Below, one piece after another: positions 28,324 to 37,617 of a stretch of 64,000 nt of DNA. A program made the position numbers and the translations under genes. The stretch is from Alphaproteobacteria bacterium (lineage in GTDB: Bacteria > Pseudomonadota > Alphaproteobacteria > MPNO01 > UBA830), in contig OZ219790.1 of NCBI GenBank assembly GCA_964291215.2, forward strand, positions 832,001 to 896,000, read 5' to 3'. Within the stretch, counting starts at the first letter, position 1. The number at the start of each line of letters is the position of its first letter. The notes below the pieces were generated by a model that ran no database searches, was not told the DNA's origin, and worked only from the letters and a program-made list of their open reading frames with translations.

Positions 28324-28694
28324 CGCCCGGCCCCCTTGCCGGCAGCGCCCGGCGTCCCCGCCAGGACGCGGTCCAGTTCGGCCCGGACCTCGGCCGTGAG
28401 GTCGGGCGCGCCGGCGGCGACCGCCCGGGCGGGCAGCAGCACCGCGCCGTGACGGTCCGCGACCCGCCCGAGCGCCGCTTCGAGGGCGTGCGCCCAGGCG
28501 CGGGTCGCCGCCGCCGCCTCTGCCGCGCCCGCATGGCCCCGGGCGGCCCCGGCGGCGTACTCCGTTGCAAGCCCGGCGAGGCGCACGCTCGCGATGTCCG
28601 GCGCGGCGGCGAGGCGCGCGAACCCGGCCGCGACCGATGCCGCCACGCCGGCGGCCAGCAGCAGCGCCGGGGCGAGGACGCGGAGGTCGTTCAC
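28320..28694 (-). CDS. trbI: TrbI-like F-type conjugation protein
   Basis: N-terminal TM; VLLPARAVAAGAPDLTAEV matches the TrbI C-terminal pattern; lies between traC and traW. Confidence 0.72.
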   Translation of the reverse strand: MNDLRVLAPALLLAAGVAASVAAGFARLAAAPDIASVRLAGLATEYAAGAARGHAGAAEAAAATRAWAHALEAALGRVADRHGAVLLPARAVAAGAPDLTAEVRAELDRVLAGTPGAAGKGAGR

Positions 28695-29005
28695 GCCCCG
28701 TCCTCCGCCGCCTGCCGCGCCGTCATCGGGACATACGCCCGCGTGTCGCGGTGCCTGAACCAGGCCGTGCCGTCCTCGTCATGGAACATGTAGAGGTAGT
28801 GTCCGGCCCAGTTGCGCTCGGAGCGCCCGGCCGAGAGCACGCCCGCCAGTATGGCCGTGCGGAACACCGCCTCGGCGTCGCGCACGACCCGCAGGCCGGC
28901 GGCGGCCCGGCGCTGCCGGTCACGCCGCCAGCGCTTGCCCGCCATCGCCCCGCTGCCTCCCGTGCGCCGTTTGCGTTCCTTGTGTCTTCGCCAGGTTCGC
29001 GACAT
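28691..29005 (-). CDS. Small hypothetical protein within the tra operon
   Basis: Strong RBS AAGGAG upstream; GTGA overlap with trbI; aromatic C-terminal motif NWAGHYLYMFHD...WFRHRDTRAY. Confidence 0.6.
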   Translation of the reverse strand: MSRTWRRHKERKRRTGGSGAMAGKRWRRDRQRRAAAGLRVVRDAEAVFRTAILAGVLSAGRSERNWAGHYLYMFHDEDGTAWFRHRDTRAYVPMTARQAAEDGA

Positions 29006-29696
29006 CGTCCTTCTCCTTCCGATCGGTTGCGTTCAGGTCTCCGTGCCTTGCTCCCGCCCCGGTTGCCGGGCCGGGGGCGGCCCCGGGCGGCTCCGTGAGC
29101 GTGCGGTAGCGTGCAAGCCAGAGCTTCGCGGCCTTGCCCGGCTCGACCGGCCGGATGCGGCCTTTCAGGGGCGGGAACGCCGCGCCGGCGGGCGCGCCCA
29201 TGCCGGCGTCCGGCAGGTCGCGGCGCTCGGCGGCGTCGGTCATGCGGGCGACGAAGCGCAGCAGGTCCGCCTGTTCGTCCGTGAGGTCGCCATCGAGCCC
29301 CGCGGCCTCGCGCACCGCCCGGTCGATGGCGGCGCCGTCGCGCCGCGACCGCTCCGCCGCCCGGGTCGAGGCAGGCCCATGGGCCTGCGCATCGCCGAGC
29401 CAGGCGATGCGGGCGTCGGCGAGCAGCGCGTGCAGCGCGAGCCGGCGCCGGTCCTCCGCGTCCAGCCCTTCCAGTGCCCCGATCTCCTCGCTCGCCGCCA
29501 CCGCGCGCTGCGCGACGGCGTAGAACCGGCGCGTGCGCCCGCCGAAGCGGCAGGTGTTGGCCAGCACATGGGCCAGCGCCTCGATGTCGATGCCGTCTGC
29601 CGTCAGCCCCTGCGGGTCGCCCGGCCAGGCGAGCGTTCGCCCGGCATGGGCCGCGGCTTCGACGCCGCGCGTTCGTCCGTTTCCCGATGCGCTCAT
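28920..29696 (-). CDS. HD-domain (YfbR/YfdR-like) protein with degenerate metal ligands
   Basis: IDIEALAHVLANTCRFGG..RFYAVAQR...ALLADARIAWLGD follows the family pattern IAHALS..CRF.GH..FYSVAQH...ALLHDA.EAY.GD; ATGA overlap with traC. Confidence 0.72.
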   Translation of the reverse strand: MSASGNGRTRGVEAAAHAGRTLAWPGDPQGLTADGIDIEALAHVLANTCRFGGRTRRFYAVAQRAVAASEEIGALEGLDAEDRRRLALHALLADARIAWLGDAQAHGPASTRAAERSRRDGAAIDRAVREAAGLDGDLTDEQADLLRFVARMTDAAERRDLPDAGMGAPAGAAFPPLKGRIRPVEPGKAAKLWLARYRTLTEPPGAAPGPATGAGARHGDLNATDRKEKDDVANLAKTQGTQTAHGRQRGDGGQALAA

Positions 29697-32347
29697 GCGC
29701 GTCCTCCTTCGATGTCTGCCGGTTCGGTCTGCGGTGCGGCCGGGGCGTCGCCCCCGCGCTCCGCCGCCGCCGGAACGGTGGGCCGGTCCGCGCCGGCGAG
29801 GGGACCGTCCCCGGCGATGCGGTCGATCGCCTCGACCGTGGCCAGGCCCCCGGCCTTCAGCCTTTCGACCTCCGCGAACGCAGGGCCGCGCGAGGAGAAC
29901 AGCGCCACCGACCAGGGGTCGAGCACGAGGCGCGCGAGGCGCCAGCCGTCGGGGCCGTGCAGCACCAGTTCGGCCCAGCGCCCGTCGGCGGTGGTCAGGC
30001 TCTTCAGCGCCTGCTCCATGCCGGGGTCGCAGTGGATGCGCTTCTCTTGCTTGAGCAGCTCGACCGACTCGTCCTTCTGGGCGAGGAAGATCGTCCAGTC
30101 GGAGTTGTCCCAGGCGGCGCGCGCGGCGGGGTTGGCGTAGTAGTCGTTGACCGACTGGGTACCGGTCACGAGCGCGCCGCGGTATTTGCGCGCCCGGCGG
30201 GCCGCGCCTTCGAGGAAGGCGCGGCTGTCCTCGCCGGAAAGCAGGTCCCAGGCCTCGTCGATGACGATTGCCTTCGCGCGCGTGCGGGGGCCGTGATACA
30301 TGCGCTGGGTCGCGAGGAAGACCACCAGCATGAGGACCACAGCCTGGACGTCGCCGCGGCCCTTGAGTTCGGCGAGCTCGAACACGGTGAGCGCCGCATC
30401 CAGGTCCGGAACCGCGCCGCCAGCGAACAGCCGCCCCATGGCGCCGCCCGGGCGCCAGGGACCCAGGGCCGTCGCCATGTCCTTCGCGCGCCGGTCGTCC
30501 TTCGCCTCGAGATGGCGGCGCACGGTCCCGAGGTCGGCGCCGTTGCCGGCCTCGTCCCAGGCGGCCGCGATGGCTTCCGCGATCAGCGCCGCCTCGATGT
30601 CGTCGATGGAGCCCCGCCGCCGGCACATGCGTGCGATGACGCTCGCCAGCATCGCGAAGCACTCCTCGCGGTAGTCGCCGTCGCGCGCCGCCGTTCCGGC
30701 ATCGATCATGGCGAAGGGGTTGAGGCAGGCCGGGTCCTTGCCGAAGGCTATGAACGCGCCGCCGAGCGCTTCGGCCGTGTGCTGGAAGGAGCGTCCGTCG
30801 TCGATGACGACTGCCTCGCCGCCCGCGCCGACGATGCCGGTGACCAGTTCCTGCATCAGCACCGACTTGCCCGAGCCGGACTTGCCGGTGACGGCGACAT
30901 TGTAGTTGCCGGCCTCGTTGGCGAAGGGCGACCAGCAGGCCGGCTGCCCCCGCCGCCCGACCAGCAGCAGTGCCGGCGGATTGCCGGGACCGGAAGGGCC
31001 GCCGGGCACGCTGCCCCCGCCGGGCACGCTGCCCCCGCTGGGCGCGCCGCCCTGGCCGCGCCATTCGCCGTGCAGGGGCGCGAGGTTGACCGCCGAGGAG
31101 GTCAGCAGGGTCTTCATCCGGCCCATGCGTTCGAGGTCGCTGTCGAGACCGCCGGCGGACGCCATCGGCAGGCAGGCGAGCCAGGAGGGGAGCTGCACGT
31201 AGCGCTCGGCCGCGACGCGCCAGCCCTGGCCGTGATAGATGGCGCGCACCGCCTGCTCGGCCTCGTCGATGGCGTCGAGCGGCGCATGGACCGCGGCCAT
31301 GTAGCAGGCGCGCACCAGCCGCTCGCCGTCCTTCAGCCGTTCGGTCACCGCCTGCCAGTCGCGCGCCTTCTCCGGCAGGCCGGGGAGGTAGCGGGCAATC
31401 CCGGTCCCGGCCTGCTGCGTGGCCCGCGCCGCCTTGAGGAACGCCCGCTCGCCCGAAGCCTCGTCGCCGGTCATGACCGTGAGGCAGGTCAGCACCGGGC
31501 AGCCCGGCTGCAGGAACGCGCGGTGGAAGTCGCCGATCAGCGCGTTGCCGCGCCAGCCCGGCCACACCTCGGGGAAGGCGACCGCGCTCAGCACCCGCAC
31601 CGCCACGTCCGTCCCGCCGGGCGCATGGAAGACGAGCCCGGTCGGGGCCACGGTGAGGGCGCGGCCCGGCGCGGCGCACTGGAGATGAAGCGGGTCGCGC
31701 GGCGACCAGCGCCGCCGCGGGCGGTCGAGCCCGTCCCCGTCTCCGGCCAGGTCCGGCGCGGTCAGTTCCGCCGCGAGCGACAGCAGGCCGTCCGGGTCGA
31801 GCCGCCGCGCGGCGGCGCCGGCAGACGCCAGCGTCCCTTCGAGCGCCCGCCGGAAGGCGCCGAGCGCGGTCTCCGAAGCGGGCCCCGGAGGACCCGCCAG
31901 CGAGGCGCACACGAACACCCGGTAGTCCGAGAGCGTGAAGGGCGGGCCGCCCGCATGCAGCGGACGCCAGCCGGCATGGCGGAGCAGCCGCTCCCGGCGC
32001 CGCGCAAGCGCCGCCTGCACCGGCCCGGCGCCGCGGCGCGGCGCGGCCCACGCGTCGAGCGCGGCTCCGAAGCGCGGGCTCGCCCAGTGGATCACCTGCA
32101 CCGTGCAGCGCTCCGGCGCCGCGTCGGCGAGCGTGCCCGAGAGCGCCCCCAGGGTCTCCCCGTCGATCCCGGCAAAGGGCGGGATCTCGATCGCGAACCC
32201 GGTGGAGCCTGCATTGACGTAGAGCGCGCTGCGCTCGTCGAAGGCGCGCCAGGGCAGCAGCGCGGCGAGCGGCGCCGGGACCTCCGGCGGCGACCACGGC
32301 TCGAGCCCGGCCGGGCCCTCGAACAGCGCCGCGAGACGGGCCGGCAT
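29693..32347 (-). CDS. traC: F-type T4SS ATPase TraC (VirB4 family)
   Basis: LLPWRAFD, NYNVAVTGKSGSGKS, VIDDGRSF, IVIDEAWDLL, RRARKY; start set at TGATG overlap with traV. Confidence 0.93.
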   Translation of the reverse strand: MPARLAALFEGPAGLEPWSPPEVPAPLAALLPWRAFDERSALYVNAGSTGFAIEIPPFAGIDGETLGALSGTLADAAPERCTVQVIHWASPRFGAALDAWAAPRRGAGPVQAALARRRERLLRHAGWRPLHAGGPPFTLSDYRVFVCASLAGPPGPASETALGAFRRALEGTLASAGAAARRLDPDGLLSLAAELTAPDLAGDGDGLDRPRRRWSPRDPLHLQCAAPGRALTVAPTGLVFHAPGGTDVAVRVLSAVAFPEVWPGWRGNALIGDFHRAFLQPGCPVLTCLTVMTGDEASGERAFLKAARATQQAGTGIARYLPGLPEKARDWQAVTERLKDGERLVRACYMAAVHAPLDAIDEAEQAVRAIYHGQGWRVAAERYVQLPSWLACLPMASAGGLDSDLERMGRMKTLLTSSAVNLAPLHGEWRGQGGAPSGGSVPGGGSVPGGPSGPGNPPALLLVGRRGQPACWSPFANEAGNYNVAVTGKSGSGKSVLMQELVTGIVGAGGEAVVIDDGRSFQHTAEALGGAFIAFGKDPACLNPFAMIDAGTAARDGDYREECFAMLASVIARMCRRRGSIDDIEAALIAEAIAAAWDEAGNGADLGTVRRHLEAKDDRRAKDMATALGPWRPGGAMGRLFAGGAVPDLDAALTVFELAELKGRGDVQAVVLMLVVFLATQRMYHGPRTRAKAIVIDEAWDLLSGEDSRAFLEGAARRARKYRGALVTGTQSVNDYYANPAARAAWDNSDWTIFLAQKDESVELLKQEKRIHCDPGMEQALKSLTTADGRWAELVLHGPDGWRLARLVLDPWSVALFSSRGPAFAEVERLKAGGLATVEAIDRIAGDGPLAGADRPTVPAAAERGGDAPAAPQTEPADIEGGRA
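31001..31036 (+). repeat. 18-bp in-frame tandem duplication in traC (GGSVPG x2)
   Basis: gccgggcacgctgccccc repeated twice, followed by a degenerate third copy. Confidence 0.8.
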
Positions 32348-32958
32348 CACGGGCGCCTCCAGTCGGCGGGCGCGATCACGATGCGCACATACGCGCCCTC
32401 CCGGTAGACGCCATCGCCGTCGACGTACGGCGCGATCCAGACCCGCCCGATCGTCTCCGGCACACGCAGACCGTCCCCGGCCGGATCGGCGGCAGTAGTC
32501 GTCTCCCGCGCCCCGTCCGGGCGTTCCTGCATCTCCGGCTGCGTCTGCTGCGCAACTGCCGTCTCCACGGAAGACCCGCTCTGCGGCGAAGAGCTTTGCA
32601 TTCCGCCCACGCCGCCCGCCCCGGTCCCGTCGTCCGCGCTCTCCGGCGCATCGCTGGCGAACAGCCGTGCGAGCCAGGCCAACGGGTTGCAGCCCCGGTC
32701 GCAACCGCCCCCGGTATTGCCGTCCCACGCCGGTCCGGCCGCGTCCTGCGCCCGGTAGGGCGGCGCCGGCTTCCGGCCCGCCGCGTCTCTGACCGCCGGA
32801 TCGGCGGCGGCGACGCTGGCGCACTGCGAGCCCTGGGCGAGCGGGCACTGCCAGTCCTCGCCCACATGGCCCGAGGCGCAGCCGGAGAGCGCGAGCGCGG
32901 CCAGGATCGTTGTCAGCGGCCCCTTGAGGCGCCGCATCGTCTTCGTCGGTTCAGTCAT
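32347..32958 (-). CDS. traV: Conjugal transfer lipoprotein TraV
   Basis: Lipobox LSGC, WQC...C, C-terminal RVPETIGRVWIAPYVDGDG...W. Confidence 0.88.
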   Translation of the reverse strand: MTEPTKTMRRLKGPLTTILAALALSGCASGHVGEDWQCPLAQGSQCASVAAADPAVRDAAGRKPAPPYRAQDAAGPAWDGNTGGGCDRGCNPLAWLARLFASDAPESADDGTGAGGVGGMQSSSPQSGSSVETAVAQQTQPEMQERPDGARETTTAADPAGDGLRVPETIGRVWIAPYVDGDGVYREGAYVRIVIAPADWRRP

Positions 32959-34198
32959 TGCCGTTCGTCCTCCGTGCGGGATCGGTTTCGGGCCGGCCGT
33001 CGAGCCGGGCGCCCTCGAGGAACACCACCGTCACCGGCGTGCCGGCCTGCAGCTGGATCACCGGCTGGTATTGCTCGGCGCGGCGGATCAGGTAGTCGGC
33101 GACCTTGCGGCCCGCCGAGGAGGCGCCGGAGCCGAGCCCGGCGCGGCCGATGTCGTCGAGACCGGTGTTGGCGACCGCCGCGCCGCCCGTGCCGGCCGCG
33201 ACCGCCTGGGGGGCGAACGCGCCCGCCACGCCCTGGCCGATGCCGGAGACGAGCCCGGCGAGGAATGCCTTCTCGACCAGCGCGCCCTCGCGGCTCACCA
33301 CCGGGCCGCGCACCCCGGCCTTGCCCGAGCCGGCAACGAACCCCGCCACATCGGTCTCGACCACCGTGCCGGGCTCGTTGCCCGCGCAGGTCAGCGTCCG
33401 GAGCCGCGCATAGACCTTCTCCGAGGACAGGTCGCCATAGGCCGCGGCCGTCACGGTGCAGCCGTCGAGATCGACGGACCGCGCCGTCCCGTCCGCCGCC
33501 GCGGTCCATCCCGGGCCGGCGATGCGCAGCAGCACCGGGCGCGGGTCGCCCTGGGAAGCCACCCCTGCCGAGGCGTCGACGCCCGCAATCACCACCGCCT
33601 CGGCGTGGCTGCCCGCCGGCAACCAGAGCGAGAGCGGCTTCGCGGCCTCGCCCCCGGGATCGCCGAACACCGGCGCCTCGAGCTCGAAGCGCCGGATCAG
33701 CGGCGCCGCGGGCGGCGGCGAGGCGGCCGGACCGGCCGGAGCCGCGCCCGGCGCCGCGCCCGGACCCGCCGGTGCGAAGACGCCGCTGTCCGGCGCCGCC
33801 CGGACCGGCCCCGGGCTGTCAGCGCCGGGCCCGTCCCGCCCCGCAGCGAGCTGGTCGATGACCCGCTTGGCCTCGTCGGCCTGCCCGCGCAGCTCGTCCC
33901 GCAGGCGGCGGTTCTCATCGGCAAGGCGCCGGTTGTCGTTGCGCGCCTCGTTCAGGTCCGCCTCGATCCGCCCGAGCCGCGCCTCCGAGCGCCGCGTCCA
34001 GCTTTCCTCCGCCGTCCCGGGCCCGGCGAGCTCGGCCGCGATCCGCGGACCCGGCCCCGGCGCCTTGCCGCCCGAGGCGGCGAGCCACGCCGCGACCGCC
34101 AGCAGCGCGACCGCGGCCACGCCGGAGAACAGCAGGATCTGCCGGTTGCGCACCTGGCGCGCCCCGCCGTCCGCCGCAGCAGTCCCGGCGGCGCTCAT
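32951..34198 (-). CDS. traB: TraB (VirB10-like)
   Basis: TM + coiled coil; WLPAGS, GVDA, YGDLSSEKVYAR...LTC, GKAGVRGPVVSREG, AEQYQPVI. Confidence 0.92.
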   Translation of the reverse strand: MSAAGTAAADGGARQVRNRQILLFSGVAAVALLAVAAWLAASGGKAPGPGPRIAAELAGPGTAEESWTRRSEARLGRIEADLNEARNDNRRLADENRRLRDELRGQADEAKRVIDQLAAGRDGPGADSPGPVRAAPDSGVFAPAGPGAAPGAAPAGPAASPPPAAPLIRRFELEAPVFGDPGGEAAKPLSLWLPAGSHAEAVVIAGVDASAGVASQGDPRPVLLRIAGPGWTAAADGTARSVDLDGCTVTAAAYGDLSSEKVYARLRTLTCAGNEPGTVVETDVAGFVAGSGKAGVRGPVVSREGALVEKAFLAGLVSGIGQGVAGAFAPQAVAAGTGGAAVANTGLDDIGRAGLGSGASSAGRKVADYLIRRAEQYQPVIQLQAGTPVTVVFLEGARLDGRPETDPARRTNGND

Positions 34199-34938
34199 CG
34201 CGAGGGGCCTTCATGCACGGCAACGGCGGCGCGGCCCACCGGGAACCCGGCCTCCGGCCCCGCAAGCCACACCGCCGCGATGCCGGGGCCGAGGCGCGCG
34301 GCAAGGGTCTCCGGGGCGCGCGGCCCGTCCGCGCCGAGCGCCACGACCCATGCCGAGAACCGCGGCCCGCGCCATACCTCGACAACCTCAACTGCCCCGT
34401 CGCCAGCATCGCCGCCGCCTTCGATCCTGTAGCCGGCGAGCGGGGCGCGGTTCGCCACCGCCCGGATCAGGGCCGCGATGGCGCCGATCCGCGCCTCGCC
34501 CGCCGCGGCGGTTCCCGATGCCGCCGCGATTTCCGGGTTGCGGATCAGGATCTGCGCCGGGCCCCCTTGCGAAGGCGTCAGCACGAGGCGATAGGTGAAG
34601 CCCTTTTCGGAGCCGACGAACAGCGCGACAGGCGAGGGCTGGCCATGGTCCGGCGCCGTGCTGTCCGCCGTTCCCGGCAGCGGGTGCAGCCAGAGGTCGC
34701 CCGTGGCCGGATCGTGCTCGACCCGGTAGCCGCCCGGAGCGCGGATCACCCGCGCGATCCGGTCGCCCAGCAGCGCCACCCGGATCACCCCGGCCGCCGA
34801 TACCGGCGCCGCAAGCCCGGCATGGTCCGCGGCGTCCAGGATCCGCGCCGCCGACGCGGCGCCCGCATGCGCCATGCAGAGAAGGAAGGCGGCGGCCAGA
34901 ATGCCGGACCCGTTCCGCTTGCGTTTCGTTCGCATCAT
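34195..34938 (-). CDS. traK: TraK secretin-like protein
   Basis: Signal peptide, RVALLGDRI, LFVGSEKGFTYRLVLTP; between traE and traB. Confidence 0.82.
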   Translation of the reverse strand: MMRTKRKRNGSGILAAAFLLCMAHAGAASAARILDAADHAGLAAPVSAAGVIRVALLGDRIARVIRAPGGYRVEHDPATGDLWLHPLPGTADSTAPDHGQPSPVALFVGSEKGFTYRLVLTPSQGGPAQILIRNPEIAAASGTAAAGEARIGAIAALIRAVANRAPLAGYRIEGGGDAGDGAVEVVEVWRGPRFSAWVVALGADGPRAPETLAARLGPGIAAVWLAGPEAGFPVGRAAVAVHEGPSR

Positions 34939-35492
34939 TGTTCATCCTCCATGTCCTCGAATCCCAGGAGCCCCAGCCGGCCGCCCTCGACGCGGAAGGC
35001 GAGCCGGTAGGTCCTGCTTGCGCGGCCGACCTCCTCGCGCCCGATCCAGGTCGCGAGCCGGCCCCGCACCTCCACCGTCAGCCGCTCCGGGTCGGCGTCG
35101 ATGCGCTCGGGGTAGAAGGCCGTGCTGAGATCGCGCCGCGCCATCCGCTCCGCCTCTACCGCCACCCAGGCGCCGATCGCGCCCCGGGCCGAGGGATGGC
35201 TCAGCCGCGCTGCCGCCTCGCGCACATGGCCCGCATTCTCCGGCGTGAGCGTCAGCAAGGTCACCGCCGCGGTGCGCGCCGCATCCTCGAGATAGCGCCG
35301 GCCCGCCCAGCTGCTCCCGACCTCCCACACCGGCCCGGAGACCGCGGGTACCAGCACCGTCGTCTGCCCCCGCCCGGCGAGCCCGACCGAGAGCGCCAGG
35401 TTGGCCGCCAGCGACAGCCCGAGCAGGACGCCGAGCGCCAGCCGCGCATCCCGCGCCTTCCGGCCCTCCGCCTCCTGTACATCCCGCCGCAT
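34935..35492 (-). CDS. traE: TraE
   Basis: N-terminal TM, TTVLVP, LLTLTPEN, STAFYP, RGRLATWIG. Confidence 0.85.
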   Translation of the reverse strand: MRRDVQEAEGRKARDARLALGVLLGLSLAANLALSVGLAGRGQTTVLVPAVSGPVWEVGSSWAGRRYLEDAARTAAVTLLTLTPENAGHVREAAARLSHPSARGAIGAWVAVEAERMARRDLSTAFYPERIDADPERLTVEVRGRLATWIGREEVGRASRTYRLAFRVEGGRLGLLGFEDMEDEQ

Positions 35493-35497
35493 CGCCG

Positions 35498-35791
35498 TCA
35501 GCCCGCGTAGCGCCGGACATGGCTCGGCGGCGTGGCCCTGAGCCGGAGCGCGAAGTCCGGCAGGAACCAGTAAAGCGCGTAATGCACCACATTCGCCCCG
35601 CCGCCCCGCTTGATGCGCCGCAGCAGCCACCAGCCGGCGGCGCCCGCCACGAGCCCCGTGACGAACGCATTGGCCGCCAGACCCAGCAGGGCCGGGCCGA
35701 TCAGCGCCGCTGCCTCGTCCACCGTCCAGAACAGCCAGCGCTCCGGATCGTCGAGACGGCGCGGGATCGCATGGCGGCGGGTCTCGCTCAT
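35498..35791 (-). CDS. traL: TraL
   Basis: IPRRLDDPERWLFWTVDE, TM pair, YWFLP...PPSHVRRY. Confidence 0.88.
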   Translation of the reverse strand: MSETRRHAIPRRLDDPERWLFWTVDEAAALIGPALLGLAANAFVTGLVAGAAGWWLLRRIKRGGGANVVHYALYWFLPDFALRLRATPPSHVRRYAG

Positions 35792-36126
35792 CACACGATC
35801 GCCGTGCCGACCAGGCCGGTCACGATGCCGGTGCCCGCGCCCGCCGCGATGCCGACCCCGACCGCGCCCAGCAGCTGGGCCGCGTTGAAGCGCAGCACCG
35901 AGCCCACCAGCGCCGCCCCCACCGCGAGCGCCGCCGCCAGCTGTCCGCCGGTGCCGCCGACGATGTTCGTCACCGTGCCGAGCGGACCGGAAAAGGTCGT
36001 GTCCGACGCGGCCAGTGCCGGGTCGGCGCCCGATACCAGCACCGCCGCCGCGACGGCGAGCGCCGTCACCAGCCGGGCAGGCGCGGCAGGCCCCGCGTCC
36101 CCGTTCGGGTGCGCCGGCAGGACCAT
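35791..36126 (-). CDS. traA: Conjugative pilin TraA
   Basis: Long leader ending ALA|ASD followed by two Gly/Ala-rich hydrophobic helices; directly upstream of traL. Confidence 0.75.
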   Translation of the reverse strand: MVLPAHPNGDAGPAAPARLVTALAVAAAVLVSGADPALAASDTTFSGPLGTVTNIVGGTGGQLAAALAVGAALVGSVLRFNAAQLLGAVGVGIAAGAGTGIVTGLVGTAIV

Positions 36127-36812
36127 CAGCGCGCCCTCCGGGGGCCGGAACCGCCGTCGTCCGACGTGGACGTCCGCCGCCGCGCCGCGGCCCAGTCCCC
36201 AAGGTCGGCGCGCGCATAGCGGATGCGCGTCCCGAACCTGTAGAACGCCGGACCCGCCCCGGTCACACGGTAGCGGTCCAGCGTGCGGGGCGAGAGCCCC
36301 AGCAAGGCCGCCGCCTCGCGCGTGCCCAGATACTCCATCGGCCTCTCTCCGTGGTCGTTCATGTCTGCGTCTCCTCCTCTTTCGTGTCCGTCGGCCTGCG
36401 CTGCCCGCCTGGCGATCGCGGCCTCGATCGCCGCACGCTCGCTGCCGGTCCGGTGGGCCGCCATCCACCGCCGCGCCCGGTCCACGGTGGCCAGCAGGGG
36501 CGAAGCCCCCCTGCGAAGCCGCAGGACAAAGGACGGATCCCCCACCGCCTCCATGCCGAGCATGTGCGGCTTGGTGCGCGTCACCTCGAGAAACGCCTCG
36601 ACCTCATGCCGGAAGACATCGCCGAGCGGCGCCTCGGCCATGAAGGCCAGCACCCTGTCGGCGGTATCCAGGCGCGGCTCGCGCCCGCGCATCAGCCGCT
36701 GCACGAAGGACGGATCGCCCAGCGCGTCCATGCCGAGCCGCGCGGGCGCGGTCCCGGTGGCTTCGAGCCAGGCCTCGACAGTGTCGCGGAAACGGGCGGT
36801 CAGTCCGGTCAT
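36126..36812 (-). CDS. Regulator: two tandem Cro-like HTH units fused to an HTH_17/excisionase-like domain
   Basis: Repeats FRDTVEAWL...LGDPSFVQRLMRG..PRLDTADR and FRHEVEAFL...VGDPSFVLRLRRG..PLLATVDR; then YLGTREAAALLGLSPRTLDRYR...GPAF...IRY. Confidence 0.78.
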   Translation of the reverse strand: MTGLTARFRDTVEAWLEATGTAPARLGMDALGDPSFVQRLMRGREPRLDTADRVLAFMAEAPLGDVFRHEVEAFLEVTRTKPHMLGMEAVGDPSFVLRLRRGASPLLATVDRARRWMAAHRTGSERAAIEAAIARRAAQADGHERGGDADMNDHGERPMEYLGTREAAALLGLSPRTLDRYRVTGAGPAFYRFGTRIRYARADLGDWAAARRRTSTSDDGGSGPRRAR

Positions 36813-36871
36813 GGCGCGGACGATACGGAGCGAGATTGTCGTTGACAATCGTTTTATTTAGCGAATATGCT
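36813..36871. promoter_or_regulatory. Overlapping divergent sigma70-type promoters with a palindromic operator
   Basis: Palindrome GATTGTC-GTT-GACAATC 36834-36850; plus strand TTGACA(36842-47)-18-TATGCT(36866-71); minus strand TTGTCA(36848-43)-17-TATCGT(36825-20), then 7 nt to ATG 36812. Confidence 0.72.
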
Positions 36872-36915
36872 ATGACATCCGCCGCCAGACGGCGACAACA
36901 CTGCGAGGCAATGCG

Positions 36916-37617
36916 ATGGAACCCGACCCGGTACGACAGAAAATCCGCGACCTGCTCTGGAAACGCGGCCTCAACATGCGCGAGACCTCGCTCGCCATCG
37001 GACGCAACGTCTCCTACCTGCACGGTTTCCTCGAACGCGGCAGCCCCAGGGTGCTCTCCCACCAGGACGCCGCGAAACTCGCCGGCCTGCTCGACTGCAA
37101 GGCGCAGGACCTGCACCACGCCGAACGCCCGCCCCGGCGCAAGCGGGCCGGGACGGAGAAACCGCGTCCCCGGGAGATGCAACAGGGCCCGGCGCCGCTC
37201 GCACCCGTCCCCGAGGTCGATGTCGAGGCCTCCGCAGGACCGGGCGCGCTCGCGGACGAGTTCGTCGCCGAGCGCGCGCGCTGGTTCCTCCCCGAAGGGA
37301 TGATCCGCTACGAGGGCGGCGCCGCTCCCGGCGCCATCCGCGTGCTCCGCGTGCGCGGCGAGTCCATGGAGCCCGAACTCTCCGAAGGCGACCGCCTGAT
37401 CGTCGACACCGCACGGCGCCGCCCCGAAACCGGCGAGATGTTCGTCCTCTGGGACGGCAACGGGCTCGTCGTCAAGCGCGTCGAGCACCTGCGCGCCGAA
37501 GGCGCCGCGCCCGCGCTGCGCCTGAAGTCAGCCAACCCCGACTACGACGACTACACCTGTCTCGCCGAGGACATCCACATCGTCGGCAAGGTGCTGTGGA
37601 CCCTCAGGAGAGTGTGA
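36916..37617 (+). CDS. CI/LexA-like repressor with S24 autopeptidase domain
   Basis: N-terminal HTH (SLAIGRNVSYLHGFL), Ala-Gly site ASAG, VRGESMEP (Ser), VVKRV (Lys), IVGKV. Confidence 0.9.
   Translation: MEPDPVRQKIRDLLWKRGLNMRETSLAIGRNVSYLHGFLERGSPRVLSHQDAAKLAGLLDCKAQDLHHAERPPRRKRAGTEKPRPREMQQGPAPLAPVPEVDVEASAGPGALADEFVAERARWFLPEGMIRYEGGAAPGAIRVLRVRGESMEPELSEGDRLIVDTARRRPETGEMFVLWDGNGLVVKRVEHLRAEGAAPALRLKSANPDYDDYTCLAEDIHIVGKVLWTLRRV

Noticed and set aside
31001-31036. Phase-variation tract in traC
   Set aside because: The 18-bp unit keeps the frame and only lengthens a Gly-rich linker.
12931-34598. Long plus-strand ORFs (e.g. 12931-16230, 18198-21779, 29474-32407, 32924-34432)
   Set aside because: Antisense shadows of tra genes in very GC-rich DNA; no motifs, Arg/Gly/Pro-rich.
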